Shown: in pieces, positions 13,851 through 30,201 of the stretch
Position numbering within the stretch: position 1 is the stretch's first letter
Layout of the letters: every line of letters starts with the position of its first letter
DNA from: the human T2T-CHM13v2.0 reference genome, Homo sapiens
Length of the DNA: 64,000 nucleotides
Reading direction: 5' to 3' (one strand)
NCBI RefSeq assembly: GCF_009914755.1
Contig: NC_060926.1
Notes under the pieces: generated by a model
The model's database searches: none
Told to the model about the DNA's origin: nothing
Seen by the model: the letters and a program-made list of their open reading frames with translations, nothing else
Program-made: the position numbers and the translations under genes

Positions 13851-14111
13851 TATTTGTAAAAAGTTAAAACAGTTAATGTGTCTAAAACTTTTTCATGATT
13901 CTATGCTTGCACTTATTTTTAAAATTAACTGACTACTTGTTCAGATGTTCTAAATAATTAAATAAGTGGGTTTTTCTGGTATATGTGCTCAGTGTAGCAG
14001 GAGAAGGAGCAGCTGGTGAGTTGGTGAAGTCCTAATCAAGTTAAGGATAAGAGGTAATGTTAGAGCTGAGACTTGAAGTATGAGTAAGAGTTTGCCCAAA
14101 AAATCAGGGGT

Positions 14112-14176
14112 AGATACTCCAGGTTTAAGAGAATGTGGTATGCAGATACTCCAGGTTTAAGAGAATGTGGTATGCA
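14112..14176 (+). repeat. Perfect 32-bp tandem duplication
   Basis: agatactccaggtttaagagaatgtggtatgc x2. Confidence 0.95.
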
Positions 14177-16229
14177 AAGGCCCACAGGCATGAGAGAACA
14201 GAACGTGCTCTAAGAACTATAATTTTTATAGTACTCCTGGAGAATAAGAATGCAAATAGGTGGGAAATGAGGGTAGGCAAGGTAGTGGGGGCCATGCTGC
14301 AAGCTCATTGTCAATTGGGGGATCATTTTGGCTGAAATAAGATGCTGGAAGACACAGGATGGACGATCCTATGCCTTATAGCAGTCTAGGCGGATGCATT
14401 TTTTAGGAAGCAAGTAGGGAGTAGCTGTGCTTTAAATTCCTCAGTGTGAAACCCCAAATTACATAGGAAATACAGATTTCTCGTGGTTCTTGGTCACTGT
14501 TACTGAAATGGCTACTTTGACATTTACCTGTTTTTAAATTTTTTATTTTTAACACCATTTCTCAGGGATAGCTGAGCTTGTGGTTTAATTTCTGTATATT
14601 TATGTTGTTTATTGTGTGAATTTTTATAGTTTTAAAATCCCTAATTTTATGATAGAGAGCTATAATATTCTTAACCAAGTGCACAGTCAACAGGTATCTG
14701 AGAAATTACTTCAAGCTCTATGTAAATCACTAAAAAATCCTACCATTACAAAGACCACCTACATATACATTTTGAATTCATTCTGCCTTCAGTGTATTTA
14801 ACACTTTTTTTTCCAATTTGTTAGTAATGGCAGTGAGATAAAAAGGCTTAAGAGATTTGTCCTAGCCTCATTACTCCTTAACCATGTAACATTGGGCAAG
14901 TTATTTAACTGCTTTAAGTCTCGGTTTCCTTACTCATAAAAAGTAGAAATAATAAAAGAACCTACTTTATAGGATTTTAGTGAGGATTATTAACAATATT
15001 CATAAAAGCATTTACTGTGTGCCAGGCATTTTGGCAAAGGCTCAACCACAGCAAAGGATGCTATCGTTACACATTCAACAAATATTTATGAAGTACCTCC
15101 TCTATGTCAGGTATTATGCTGGGCACAGTAAAAACAATGGAATTAAGAGTCTAGATTGTGCTTTTTAAAATTCTGTGACTTTCATATTTATTCTTTGCCT
15201 TTGGTTTTAAATATATTTTTATATGTTTGTTATCAGTGTACTTAATTTGATGTATGTTTCATTTATGATTCATGAATAATTTAATACTTTGTTTTTATTT
15301 TTAGCAAGATATCCTATCAAGTAGAAGAACCATATTTACATTCTTATAATTTTCTTTATCAAATGTGTTGTTAGTCTGCAGTTTTCATTGTATTAAATAA
15401 CTCATCTATCCTAACAAATTTTTGTTATTGCAAAGATACACTTTAGCTAATTCTTTAAACTTCAGGATTGCAGGAGGCCTCTAGTCTGTCAGGTCAATGA
15501 GAATAAACAACATTATGAACATGCTTAGGTGACTATTTTGTTTAATGAGTTTTATTGAAGGATATCTAGATTCACATACTGAAAGCCCTAGGTTATATGT
15601 AGAATTACCTTTAACCAGCAACTCCAACCATGTTTATAGGTTTTATGTCTACCAAACTCAAGATAAATGTAAGAGGTAGGCCTTGTCTTAGAGGACTATT
15701 GTAGCTATTAAAATAATTAAGTACCCGTTTTCATATTGTATGGAGGTGGAGATGTTTAAAGAGTTGGTGTGTGTTCATTATGTGGTGTTTAGTGGGCCAA
15801 GGAGGCTTTGCACAGTGTCCTTGGCATTAAGTTGTCAAAATTTGGGTGAAATTTTAGGAAGGATGGTTGATGGCCATCATAGGATCTTTGATCATCTATC
15901 ATTAAGCATGGCAAAATCTTGGAAATGTCTTTTCTTAATTTTTTGATGGTGGAAAATAAGACAGTGGATTCAGTTAATCACTTGAAGGAAATATTGTAGT
16001 TCACGGTAGTGTGAGCATATCAGCTCCTGTTACTTCTGGGGATTCTCTTATAGTTGGGTAGGTTGGTTCTGATTTTTTCCTGTTATTAAAACCGTGTAAT
16101 GAATATAAAACTTTGCATTTCTGAATTTTCTAAGAATAAATGTTCAGAAATGGTGTTTTCTTCAGAGGATATGCACTTTTTAAAGGTTTTGTTTTGTATT
16201 TCTGATTGTTTTTTAAAAAGAGTATATCA

Positions 16230-16526
<297 letters not shown>

Positions 16527-17321
16527 GAAAGTATATCAATTTGCACTCCCATTCATATTAATTTGTTGGTCCAACAGCTGTTTTTTGAGCACCAACTGTA
16601 TGTATATTAGTAGAGAACCATAATGATAAAACCCTCCATTCATCTAGTTTCTAGTTTACAATCTAGTAAAGAAGTGGACAATAAAAAATATGTAACGTGA
16701 TTTCAAGTAGCGGTAAGTGAATGAAGAAAAAGAAAGATGAACAGAGAATGAAGGGGTAGAGGTAATATTTTAGATAGGCTGGGTAGAGAAGGCGTCTCTA
16801 AGTTGACATTTGAGTAGAGACCTACAGTCTGTTTTATTGCCAATCTCACTGTATTTATTAAAGCATTTAATATTATCACTTTAAAACATATTTGCCAGTT
16901 GAGATGAAAAATATTTTTAAATTTCTAGATTTTTCTTTGATTTTTATTTATTAGCAGGTTGATCTTTTTTCCATTGGCTGTTGTATTAACTGCTGTTTGA
17001 AACATTTAATAGAGAACTAACCTTTTATTTGTAGTAATTGGTCATTGGATTTTGAATTGCTATGATGCTTTAATATAACAAAAAGGCACACTATTCAAGT
17101 TTGGCTTCCTAGAGAGGACAGCGCAAAATTTAGGCTGAAAATGAGTGACTTTTATGATTCTGGCTCACAAATACGTGGTTTTTGCTTAGAGTTTTACTAA
17201 GGCTGACTTTAGTAACTGAAGTAGCAGATTATATTGAAGGATATTGAGCATGAATGATTGTGTTAGTACTGGTGTATGTAGCTGTTTGGAGGACAGTGTT
17301 GGTGCCAAGATTTCTAACTAG

Positions 17322-17771
<450 letters not shown>

Positions 17772-18569
17772 TAAAATTAATTTTTAAAAACCCCAAAGAT
17801 TTGGGAGTTAATAGCTGAGAAAATAAAAATATGTACTTGATCTGATAGTTTGCTTTGCTTATAATTTATAAGTGGTAGAAGACAAAAAACTTTCTTAGGA
17901 AATTTGCTTTTCCGGGCTTGTGATATGTGATTGTTCATTCTATTTGTTTATTATAGGGGGATTGCTTTGTAATTCCTGTACTAATTTTATGACCTATAAA
18001 ATTTCTTATGCAAAACAAAGTTTTCTATTTAGGTTTTCTTTCATCAAACTTGTATATAACGTCTATTGATCCAGTATTTTATTTTTTGAATTAAAGTAGT
18101 GGGTGGTTGTAATCTGGTTTCTAATCAGTGATCAAACCACTTTTATTTTAAACTAAGGATTTAAAAGTAGGACAAGAAATAATTTTCAGAGAACAGATTT
18201 CATTAATTAATAGCCGTTTGTTTTATTCATTTATTCGCTTATTCACAAATGTTTGAGTGCTGCCAACGCTGGGGAGCTAACCCGTTCGTTTAAAGGTGAT
18301 GAATATGGTGGGGAGTATCAGGTGGAAGTTTCTGCCCTTATGGAGTTTACAGTCTTATAATAGAGCCAGAGAACTTAGCAGACAGTTTGGAGACTGTAAG
18401 AATTGCTGTGATAGGAGGCGGTAGCTCCCAAAGCCAAGAGCTGCACCAGATTCACTACTAGGGCTGAGGGTCACAAATGGCTTCTAAAGGAAGTGATAGT
18501 TTTGCCATTTGGTTCTTGAACTCCTTGATGGGGCATACATGTGTGACTGCACATACACACACAAAATAT

Positions 18570-18835
18570 TTTTTAAATTAAATTTTAAATTGTAAAATAC
18601 ACATAACATAAAATTTACTATCTTAATTATTTTAAAATGTATCCTTCAGTGTTGTTAAGTATATTTTTATTATTTGGCAACCAATCTTCAGAACTTTTTC
18701 ATCTTGTAAAACTGAGACTCTGTAGCATTAAAGAACAGTTCCCCATTCCCTTCTACCCCCTCTCCCCTAATGCCCTGGCAAGCACCATTCTGGTTTCTGT
18801 CTGTATGAATTTGATTACTTTTGATGACTCACTAG
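18570..18835 (-). mobile_element. Old L1 (L1M) 3' fragment
   Basis: acataaaatttactatctta...cagaactttttcatcttgtaaaactgagactct...accattctggtttctgtc. Confidence 0.75.
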
Positions 18836-19135
<300 letters not shown>

Positions 19136-19454
19136 CAAAAACCTTTTTAAATCTCAAGTTTTCTTTCTGTTGTTTTGAAAATTGCCTGATTTCTGTTACC
19201 AATTACATATTACTGGTTTTGCTTTCCTGGAGAAATTTGAGAACATACAAAAGCCTAGGGGGTTGTTTATATGGCAGCGTTCTTGCCAGTGGAAGCACGA
19301 AGCCAACATATAGCCTTAGTTAGAGAGACCCTCTTTTCTCTGGCCATCCTGAGGCGTCTCAGGCAGTATGGAGCTATTTTAGGAGAAGAAGCATGGTTTG
19401 AAAAGGGAGAAATATTATCAAAGCTTGGGTTTTTTCCAGAAGGCTTTCTTAAAT

Positions 19455-19663
19455 CAGGGGTTGGCAAACGTTTTCTGTAAGGGGCAGATAGTAAATATTT
19501 TAGGTTTTATAGGCCATACAATTTGGGGATGATTACTCAATTCAGCCATGGTAGCATGAAAATAGCCGTAGACTATATGTAAACGAATGAGTATGGCTAT
19601 GTTCCAATAAAACTTTATGAAAACAAGTGGCAGCTCTCACAGACCATAGTTTGTTGACCTCTG
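19455..19663 (+). mobile_element. MER58A-like non-autonomous hAT element, full length
   Basis: TIRs caggggttggcaaac...gtttgttgacctctg; degenerate 8-bp TSD tcttaaat/tcttaaca. Confidence 0.85.
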
Positions 19664-20559
19664 TCTTAACATCCTCAGGCTACACATGACTGGAGAGAAA
19701 CTTTGGCTGAAGCCCATGTCTGGGAGATCATTCAGCTAGTTCGTGACTTGAAACCTAGAAATTCAATACTATATTTCATCAAATTTGGGCCATTGATTAT
19801 AAGTTACACCTTTTATGTACCACTAATAAAGAAAAGAAATCAACCAATTAATTGTAAGAACCTATTGGTTATATGGTGGATCCTGCTTTCAGAGATGTTA
19901 AAATGTTGGGTACGGGTGAGGGAGTGTGTCTGAATCAGTGAAGTAGTAATAATATCAGCCAACATTTGAATATTTACTGTGGGGCCAGGCACTTTGCTAA
20001 GCACTTTATATGCATTATCTCATTTATCTTCATAACGAATTAATGAAGTAAATGAAAAAGACTTAGAGCAGTTAAATAATTTGCCATAGTAAGTGGTAGA
20101 TTCTAAGAAACCCAGGTAGCCTGGCATTAAAGCCTGTGTTCTCCCTCACTTACTATATTTTACTGTCTCATTTGATTTAAAAGGAGGCTTTTTGTCAAAT
20201 GATATCATTCATGCTGGAATTGATGTAGTTTATTGAATCGGGTCACGGAGGAAACAGCAACTACATAATTTCCCTTTAGCATGTCCTTGGAATTTCAGAC
20301 ATTTCTCACTGCAGCCAGCTATTGCATGCCAGTGCCCTCAAAAAAAAAAAAAAAAGATTTATGAACCTCTTCTGAAAGTGTTTTTTAAATGATAACATGT
20401 CTAAGCCAAGCAAAACATGCTGGACGAGGTGTTGGTGCTCTGTATGCCAGTAGAGTGTCTGTGATGCTAGCCAGCACTTCTGGTCCTGCTGCAGAGGAGG
20501 AGAGTGAGCTCCACGTATTACTGTAATTCACCTTCTTCTGCATCCGTGAGCCTTACATC

Positions 20560-20878
20560 CAGGATGGTGCAATCCTGTATGAATGATGCAGACTTCTGCA
20601 AAGATGACCTTATTGACTTTCAAAGATACAGGACACACATGAACCACTCAGCTCTCAGTCTTAGAGAATTCTGGTGTTTGTAGCACAGGCTGCATACAAC
20701 TAACAGAACAAAAGTTGTGGAAGCTTGCTTTTGAGCACATTAGGGTTTTCAGCACTTGTGACCATCAAAAAGAAAAGTCAAAATGGAATGGCAATTAAAG
20801 ATGGTATGCACGTAATCATCTCAAACCACATCACAGCATCAGCTTCTTATTCAAGCCAAACAGAAGCCTTCTCATTGA
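20560..20878 (+). mobile_element. Charlie/Buster-type hAT transposase C-terminal relic
   Basis: Frames read DFCKDDLIDFQ, SLREFWCL, LGFSALVTIKKKSQNGMAIKDGMHVIIS and LLIQAKQKPSH*. Confidence 0.7.
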
Positions 20879-21329
20879 AACTTAGTTTGGAGAGAGGTAA
20901 AGTTTATTTTTTACTCTATTTGCACATTAATTTTCACTGGGAAATGAATGACTTCTGTTACTAAGATGAATTTTATATTCTGTGAATGACATTTCCAATG
21001 TAGTGAAGTAAATTGTAAGCAAACATTTTGTTTTTTTGGGGGTGGTGAACTAGTCTGAAAGAGGCTCCATTTTTTTATCTTCGCAAGTACCCGTTGGCTC
21101 ATAAAGCCTGTAAATCGCCGGTCTTAGCTGAGATGTGGAAGAGAAAGAAAAAGTAGTTGGTGAAATGAAGTTGTATGAGAGGAAAAAGCGCAAGGCCTTA
21201 CAAGCAAGAGATGTGGTATGTTAGAGAACCCAATGCTCCATGTTCCTGGAGCAGCGTGTTAGGGGGAGTAGAAGAAAGAGTGGAAGGTAAAAAAGGTCAA
21301 ATCATTAAGGACCTTGCAAACCCTATCTT

Positions 21330-21770
21330 CCGCTTAGGATTAGATTCAGCTACATAGGATAGAGAAACCCAGAATAACACAGTAGATCTGGAGAGAGGCA
21401 ATCCAGAGTTAGTAAGACAATTATGTGGTAATCAGAAACTTGGGCTTCTCTGTCTGGCTGCTCTGCCACCCTTATCTCCTCATTGTCCAGATGGCCACCA
21501 GAATGAACACTATTCATCATGCCTCTAGTCCAAACAGCAGGAAGAAGGAAGATGGCACAGACCCTGCCCTTTCACAGAGACTTCCTGGAAATCTTTTAAT
21601 TCACTTCTAGTTAATCATATTGACCAGAACTTTGGCACAAATAGCTGCAAGGGAGGCTGGAAATTGAGTCTTTTATTCTGGATGGCAGTGTGCCCAGCTG
21701 AAAGTCAGGGTTCTAAAGTGAAAGGGGAAAAAAATGATGTTGGGGTAGGCAGCTAATAATCTCTGCCATG
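21330..21770. mobile_element. MLT1-type MaLR LTR relic
   Basis: ttaggattagattcagctac...gctgcaagggaggctggaaattgagtcttttattctgg...gtgcccagctgaaa. Confidence 0.65.
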
Positions 21771-22214
21771 CCATGCCAGTGCTTTATTTTATGAATGATG
21801 CAATAAGGAGGGAAACATGCTCAAATTCTTTTTTAAAAGACTGCCACTTGAGAGATGGAGGGTGGGTTGGAAAGAGGTAAAGGATCATAGAGACCACTGC
21901 AATAACACAGGTCATGAGAGTGACAGGACTTGGTCATTGATCACATATGAGCAGGCTTCTGTCTTAGCAGCCGAGTATGTTATATTGCCATAGAGACAGG
22001 AGTAATTGAAGCTGACTGCGTAGAAGAGGAGGTCTACTTAGAATGAGATTTTCAAGGAGCAGGCAGAAAGAGGAGGAAAACAGAGTATGGTGTTTCATAG
22101 GTCAAGGGGAATAGAGCACTTCAAGGTTTAGGGACTGGTCTGTTGTGTCAGATGTATCTGAGAGTGCAGATAAGAAGTACTGATGTTATTGATAGGATTT
22201 AGCAACTTAGCAGA

Positions 22215-22572
22215 GTGGGAGGTGTTTGGGTCATGGGAACGGATCCCTCATGCATGGCTTGGTGCTGTCCTTGTGGTAATGAATGAGTTCTCGTTTCATT
22301 AGTTATAGTGAGAACTGATTGTTTAAAAAAAAAAAAAGCCTGGTACCTCCCTCCCTTTTTTTCTTGCTTCCCACCATGTGATCTCTACAAACCAGCTCCC
22401 CTCTGCCTTCCACTATGAGTGGAAGATTCCGGAGGTGCTCACCAGAAGCAGATGCTGACACCATGCTTCTTTCTTGTACAGCTTGCAGAACTGTGCACCA
22501 AATAAACCTCTTTTCTTTATAAACTGCCCAGCCTCAGGGATTCCTTTATGGCAACACAACCAGACAAAGACA
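22215..22572 (+). mobile_element. MST-type MaLR solo LTR (5' truncated)
   Basis: gggaggtgtttgggtcatggg...ctcaccagaagcagatgctg...aataaacctcttttctttataaa...cagcctcagg...aagaca. Confidence 0.85.
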
Positions 22573-24489
22573 TTATTCTAGGTATGACTTTTCTGTTATA
22601 AAGTAAATTTGTAGGATCTTTCAAATGATCCAGATTTTGGTTATTACCTTTAGAAATGTGAAATAGACAATACATGAAAGTGACTAGCACAGAATTTGGC
22701 ACACAAACCCTGTGCAGTAGCAGTAAGGGTTTAGTGAATAAGCCAGTGTTCTTGGAACACTTTCTGTACATATGGAGTGGCATTCCTAATTCGTTAACTG
22801 TTTACACAGCTCATTTTCCTTCAGGCAAACTTGCTTTTGTTGAAAAAAAATTCTTTCAGATTGCAATAATCATACCCTTGTGAAGCATACAGGGCAGGTA
22901 CTGTTAGCTTGCTTTGGGTGTTTGGCAGTGTCTCCAGGAATAGCACAAATATGCTACCAAGAACTGGGTTATCCTATTACTAATGGGAACAGTGTGTCTA
23001 TGACTGTGTGATGAATTTGGCTTTTCTTCTAACTGGAAACTAAGTTGTGAACAAACTTGGCAAGGTACAGATCATGGTAGATAGTTTTAAAAAGATCTTT
23101 TTAAAAATCTCATTCCACTTTCTGCAGAAAAACTAGATTGACATCCTAGAGGGCTGAATGTTGTTTAGAGCGTGTTCTTCAGTAGATTGCCAATTAACTT
23201 TCTTTCACTTATCCCCCAGAGGATGTTAGCTATTTGGCCAATTCTTTTCCACCAGTGAGAAGAGAACATGAGTGGCCTGGCCTCCTCTGGACTTTTTGCC
23301 AGGAGCCTCATGCGGTTTGCCCCACCTCACCTATGGAGTTTCCCTCCTGTCTGTTTAGTTGCAGTAGAGGTCTTAGAACACTGAATTTTATTCATGTTTT
23401 GGGAAAGAGAGAAACAGGGTGATTAGAATTGAAAGCACAAAGATCGCACTGGTGACTGACTAAAGTGATTCAGTCAGAGTAACATTGAGGCTGTATCCAG
23501 TAGTATGTGATGTTCCCTGTGTTGTCTCTGAACACTAGCCATCTTTGCTTGAGTAAATGTCTTTGTGCATTCTCCTGGGGGAGCTAAGTAGGGAAAGTGG
23601 AAGGCAGGCCTAAAACTTGTCTCTGTGACTAGGTGTGTCCAGTGTGACTTTAGCTGTTGCTAAGCAATTTTCTAACACATATCCCCTTGGCTTGTTGAAC
23701 TAAACCAAGCTCTGTGGGACTGCTTGGTTAGGTGCCTGGTAGAGGGTGTGGACAGTGTCACCAAGAGAGAACACCTCTGCTGATAATAGGGTGATTTATG
23801 TGATGGAAAGCTGTGCTTACCACCAAATTTAACATGTAATAAGCTTTAGACAGAAAGTGTCCTGGCTTCCTGGAATCAAATGACTAGTACCTTTGTGCAC
23901 ACCCCTGTGTCTTTTGAGGGGTGGTGGTGGTAGGGGCTGGGTATGTCAGGAAACATCAGTGAAAGACCTCCCCTGGAGGCTTCCAACAGTAACGTTATCT
24001 TGACCACTTGAAATATTTCTCCCGTCTTCATACGCTGTTACTTCTTTTTTTCCTTTCCACAGTTATTCTGAGAGTCTTCTGTGGTTAACAAATTCCTCGG
24101 CAGGACCTACATTTAATTAGCTGCTTTTAAGGGTTAGATATAGCAAGACAAGAAGATATTATTGAAAGCACTACATAAAGAACCATGGTTCCTTGACATT
24201 TTAAGAGGTGGGGCGGCTTTCTGCCCCCTTAACTTAGCATGCAAGGTTATAAATACAACACATCACAGAGAAATCTGGCACTTACTTGAATGGTACATAA
24301 GTCTCTGTATTGTGAGTTGCCAGGGCCTGTTCCCAGAAGTCTTTATTGACTTGGTTTTTGAATTCTTAATGTTGTCCGTGGATCAGCTCATTTTATTTTA
24401 TACCAAATATTTGAACAGTATTCAGAATTACATTTTAAATTCAAACTCAGTTTCTTAAGATGCCAACCTTGGGGATATTCGAGTTAAAA

Positions 24490-26000
<1,511 letters not shown>

Positions 26001-26194
26001 TTAAAAAAGGCTCTGATTATGTCTCCATGACTAAGTACAGGAAAGAAAAGCAGCACATTTAATTTCATTAACTAAAATTTATAATAAAACTTTCCAGTAA
26101 CATGTTTCTACAAGGAACTTTGTACCTAGGACTCAGAACGTGGGCAGATATTTGTTTTCTTCTACTTAAAAGGGTTGGCAGTCTATTTGTGTAG

Positions 26195-26412
26195 CCTCTC
26201 AGGCTCAAGCAGTCCTCCCACTCCAGCCTCCCATTGAGTACCTGGGACTATAGGTGTGCACCACCATGCTCAGGTAATTAAAAAAATTTTTTTGTAGAGG
26301 CAAGGTCTCACCATATTGCCCAAGCTGTTCTCAAACTCCTGGGCTTAAGTGATCCTCCTGCCTCAGACTCCCAAAGTGTTGGGATTACAGATGTGAGCCC
26401 TTGCATCCAGCC
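26195..26412 (-). mobile_element. Alu fragment (AluJ-like)
   Basis: ggctcaagcagtcctccc...ctcccaaagtgttgggattacag...ccagcc. Confidence 0.85.
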
Positions 26413-27674
26413 AGAACTTTCTATTATTTATGGTGTGTGGATCAAAGCTGATTTAGCATGAATACATATGATTTTGGAGTTCTGTTTTCTTCTGGTGAAA
26501 TTTTAAGGCAGCAAGGTTGACATTTGGTTTTTAATTCATTTTCACTGGAGGTAAAAAAAAAAAAAAAAGTTCCTGTTAGTACTTTTTCTTGATGACTTAT
26601 GTCCTAAATCAAATTAAATAGCTCAAAATTAAACATGGTTCCTAAAGCTCACTTTGTTTAATGCTATGAATGTTAGTATACCAAACATTTCTGTAAAGAT
26701 TAGAATTAAGGTGTAATCTAGAGTTTTCTGCCTCACGTTATTATTTAAATTTGTATAAATATTTGTTCCCTCAAAAAGGGAATATTTTCCTAAAGATACC
26801 TATCTAATGTACTGAGTTTTATGTTTATTGTCATTCTGTTTTCCAACTTATTGAATTATTTGAAAACATTGTTATATATAAAATTAATAGCTTTCAGAAT
26901 TATTGTAGCATTTTTACTTTTATAATAAGCATTTATACTTTGATAAAATATTGATGTTACATGAAAATTTTCACTCCAAGTTACATCTAGATAACGTTTA
27001 CCTCTATTTGAAATAGAATATTCAAATAACAACAAACTCAATGATATCCCTTGTTTAAGTTCCTGATATTGTAATGACAAGATGGGTCATACTTTATAGT
27101 ACGATTCAATTTATTTAAAAGTTTTGAGACAAATAAAATGGCATACAATATTGTTACACACATAGGTGGTAAAACTATAGAATGAAAGTCCGGATACCCG
27201 TAGGGGTAGAAGAGGAATGTGATTAGGGGCAGATGCATGGCAGTGTTCCTTTTTTAAAAATGTTATTCTTTCAACTGTATATGTATATTTTATAAACTTT
27301 TATGTATGCGATGTACCACAATTAAAAATTTTAGGTAAAATTGGAAGACAGGCCTGTCCTACCATGTGGAAAATTGCTGCTGTGTACTCTTTTTTTAAAG
27401 TGTAGTCAAAACATAAATAGGTAAGACTGTCTCTGAACTAAAAATTTTACCTAAAATGAATGCATGAACTAGGAGTTTTCGGTGACTTTCAACTGATTTT
27501 CACATCCTTGTGAGACCTCTGTAAATATTAGGTCCTTGCTAGGAAGTGAAAAATAACTGATAAATGGAAATTCTTGGCTTTTACAAAATAATTGGAAAAT
27601 AATTGGCCTGGTCCCACTTGCTGACTCTTGTAAACTAATAATAGGCTACTTACAGCCATTGATCACAGTGGTCT

Positions 27675-28007
27675 TTCTTTCCTTCCTCTCCTCTCCCCTC
27701 TCCCCTTCCCCCTTCCCCCTACCCCTCCCCCCTCCTCCCTCTCCTCTTTCTGACAGGTTCTCATTCTGTGGAGTACAGTGGCATGATCACAGCTTACTTG
27801 AGCCTTGACCACCTGGGCTCAGGTGATCCTCCCACCTCAGTCTCCTGGGTAGCTGGGACTACAGGCATGCACCACCATGCCTGGCTAATTTTTGTATTTT
27901 TTGTAGGGTCGGGGTTTCACCATGTTGCCCAGACTAGTCTCAAACCCCTAGGCTGCCTTGGCTTCCCAAATTGCTGGGATTAGAGGTGTGAGCCACCGCA
28001 TCCAGCC
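27675..28007 (-). mobile_element. Alu (AluJ-like) whose tail has become a CT-rich simple repeat
   Basis: Pyrimidine tract 27675-27750, then an antisense Alu body. Confidence 0.85.
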
Positions 28008-28893
28008 TGTTTCTTTTAGTGACTGGTTGCTCTCAGTTGCTGGGCTAGAAAAGATTATAAGCTACCCTGTTATATCAGGGTGACAAAGATTCTACTGTCA
28101 TCTACTCTTATTTTTCTAGCAGTGTGACATAAATTGGAAGTTTTTCTCTCCTAAGCAATATTACCAGTTTCTTTGAAATGCTGAACAAATGATGGTCATG
28201 GCAGTAGAGTCAAATGAAAACATCCTTCAAGGATTGTCAACTCTGCAGGGTGCTTTGTGTGTGTGTTGGGGGGTCAAGTTGTTATCACCCCTGCGTTGTC
28301 CTCACCTGGACCACATGCTGCAGGGGAAGCGATCAGTGTGGTCTGCAGCCATCGGTGTGGTCTGCGTTCTTTCCTGCCTCCCTCCTCTTCCTTGTCATTT
28401 CACATCCCAATATTTATGTAGCACCCCCTGGAGTGCCCACAGGCCTGTCCCCTCCTCTTATCTTTTCTGTAACCAGCCCTTATTTTGGTTCATGAATATG
28501 AATGGCTTTAGAAAGCTACTTAGCAGCACTTACCAGGAAGATTGACAATCCTACCACATGAGGAAAGAATTGATCATTAGTGATGATTGGAGCAATAACA
28601 AGTAGAGAGCCTTGGAGAAGAGTGCTTCATGTTCTTCTGTATTTACACCAAACAAGAAAGTGTATTAATTTGCACTTGGCAGTTAACATAGTATATTGCA
28701 GGGTAGAAGAAATAAGAACCACAGACTAGTTTTTTTGTGGAAAGCTGTTAAAAACAAGAATTTTGTTATCAGGAGGCAACATATGATATATGTATGTATG
28801 TTCATCTGACCAAGCATAAAGAGATTTTTGCCTCCATAGGCTTAGATCACTGGAGTGTGAGCCTGTCAAGTTCTTTCCCAGTCACACCTACCC

Positions 28894-28896
<3 letters not shown>

Positions 28897-28928
<32 letters not shown>
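28897..28928. repeat. (AC)16 microsatellite
   Basis: Perfect dinucleotide run. Confidence 0.98.
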
Positions 28929-28931
<3 letters not shown>

Positions 28932-30015
28932 CCTACGGTAGCAGAACAAATAACAGCTAACATCCACAAAGCACTTAAGGGGTAGTTTTATTTTTTTCAG
29001 TCCATTATGTGTTAGCTGTTGTACACCATGATGTAACTGAAGAGTCAATTTGAGGACCTATTCCATTAAAGCAAAATAACAGCAAACATGTCACATAAAT
29101 GGATAGAAAATACATTGTGATCTTTCTGAAAGGTTTCCTTCTTACTGTAAGATGTTTAGACTTGCTTGTGCCTCTGCTTTGAAGAAAAGAATCTGGGCCT
29201 CTGCTGTAAGTTGTGTCACTGTTCCTTTCCTGTAAGGGAGAAGTTATAGATTAAGGCCCTCTGCTCACAGAAATAGATGAGGATGCTAGGGAGAAGATTG
29301 AGTTGGGATTTTCTTCAGCCCCACCTCTTGCCCTTTCCCTCCCTTCCAGGGCATTTCTTAGAACAGTGACAACACTTAATTTTCCAGTATTGGCTTTTAT
29401 ATGGTGACACCTGAAAGTTAAATTCTTGAGGAAGGAATTCTGTCCTTGTGCATACCTAGAAGTTTGACAAAAAGTCTATGCTACGTTCCTCTGAAAGGCA
29501 AACTTATGACTGCATAGAGGAGAATGGCAAAGAACAAGTGTGTTTTGGTATTTGCCTCCTGTGGTAGAAGGAATAATGTGTAATTTTATATGTAGTTCTC
29601 CAGAATTGAAGTAGAGCCACAGTACAACAGAAATATTTAGACTTGATGATTCTAAATAAATGACTTGATCATTTGCTATGTTGATGCAAAATGGGAATTG
29701 AGTGTTTGAAGATACTCCAAGAGATCTGGATGTTCTTAACCAGCCAGACAATATATAGGGCCTACAACTTTTTCCCCCTTCTCGTACTCCATTGTAAAGT
29801 AAATGAGCCACTGAACTACTGTGTGCAAGGGAAGTTGCCTGTTAAAGTACTTGATTTTGAACCACAAGGGCCTATGACATTAAAGAAAAGTTGATTAAAA
29901 CTTTCCACAGAGAAACCGAAACTTTATGGAAGCATGGAAATAACCCTGGGATTGATATGCTTTAACGTCCCTTAAAGCTGTTTAAATTACTCCTATAATG
30001 TTATTTTTCTTTCAG

Positions 30016-30201
30016 ATTCAACCCTATGAAAAGATAAAGGCCAGGGGCTTGCCTGATAATATATCTTCCGTGTTGAACAAACTAGTGGTGGTGAAACTCA
30101 ATGGTGGTTTGGGAACCAGCATGGGCTGCAAAGGCCCTAAAAGTCTGATTGGTGTGAGGAATGAGAATACCTTTCTGGATCTGACTGTTCAGCAAATTGA
30201 A
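30016..30201 (+). CDS. UGP2: UGP2 exon 4 (nucleotide-binding loop [17 protein letters not shown])
   Basis: ctttcag|ATT...GAA|gtgagt; [10 protein letters not shown]...DLTVQQIE; 186 nt; follows a 24.5-kb intron 3. Confidence 0.98.

Noticed and set aside
27675-27750. C-rich pyrimidine tract (G-quadruplex or H-DNA potential)
   Set aside because: It sits at the tail position of an Alu, so it is a derived simple repeat with no evidence of a regulatory role.
28189-28545. 118-aa ATG-initiated intronic ORF
   Set aside because: No recognisable domain, splice context or codon signature; the length is within chance expectation.
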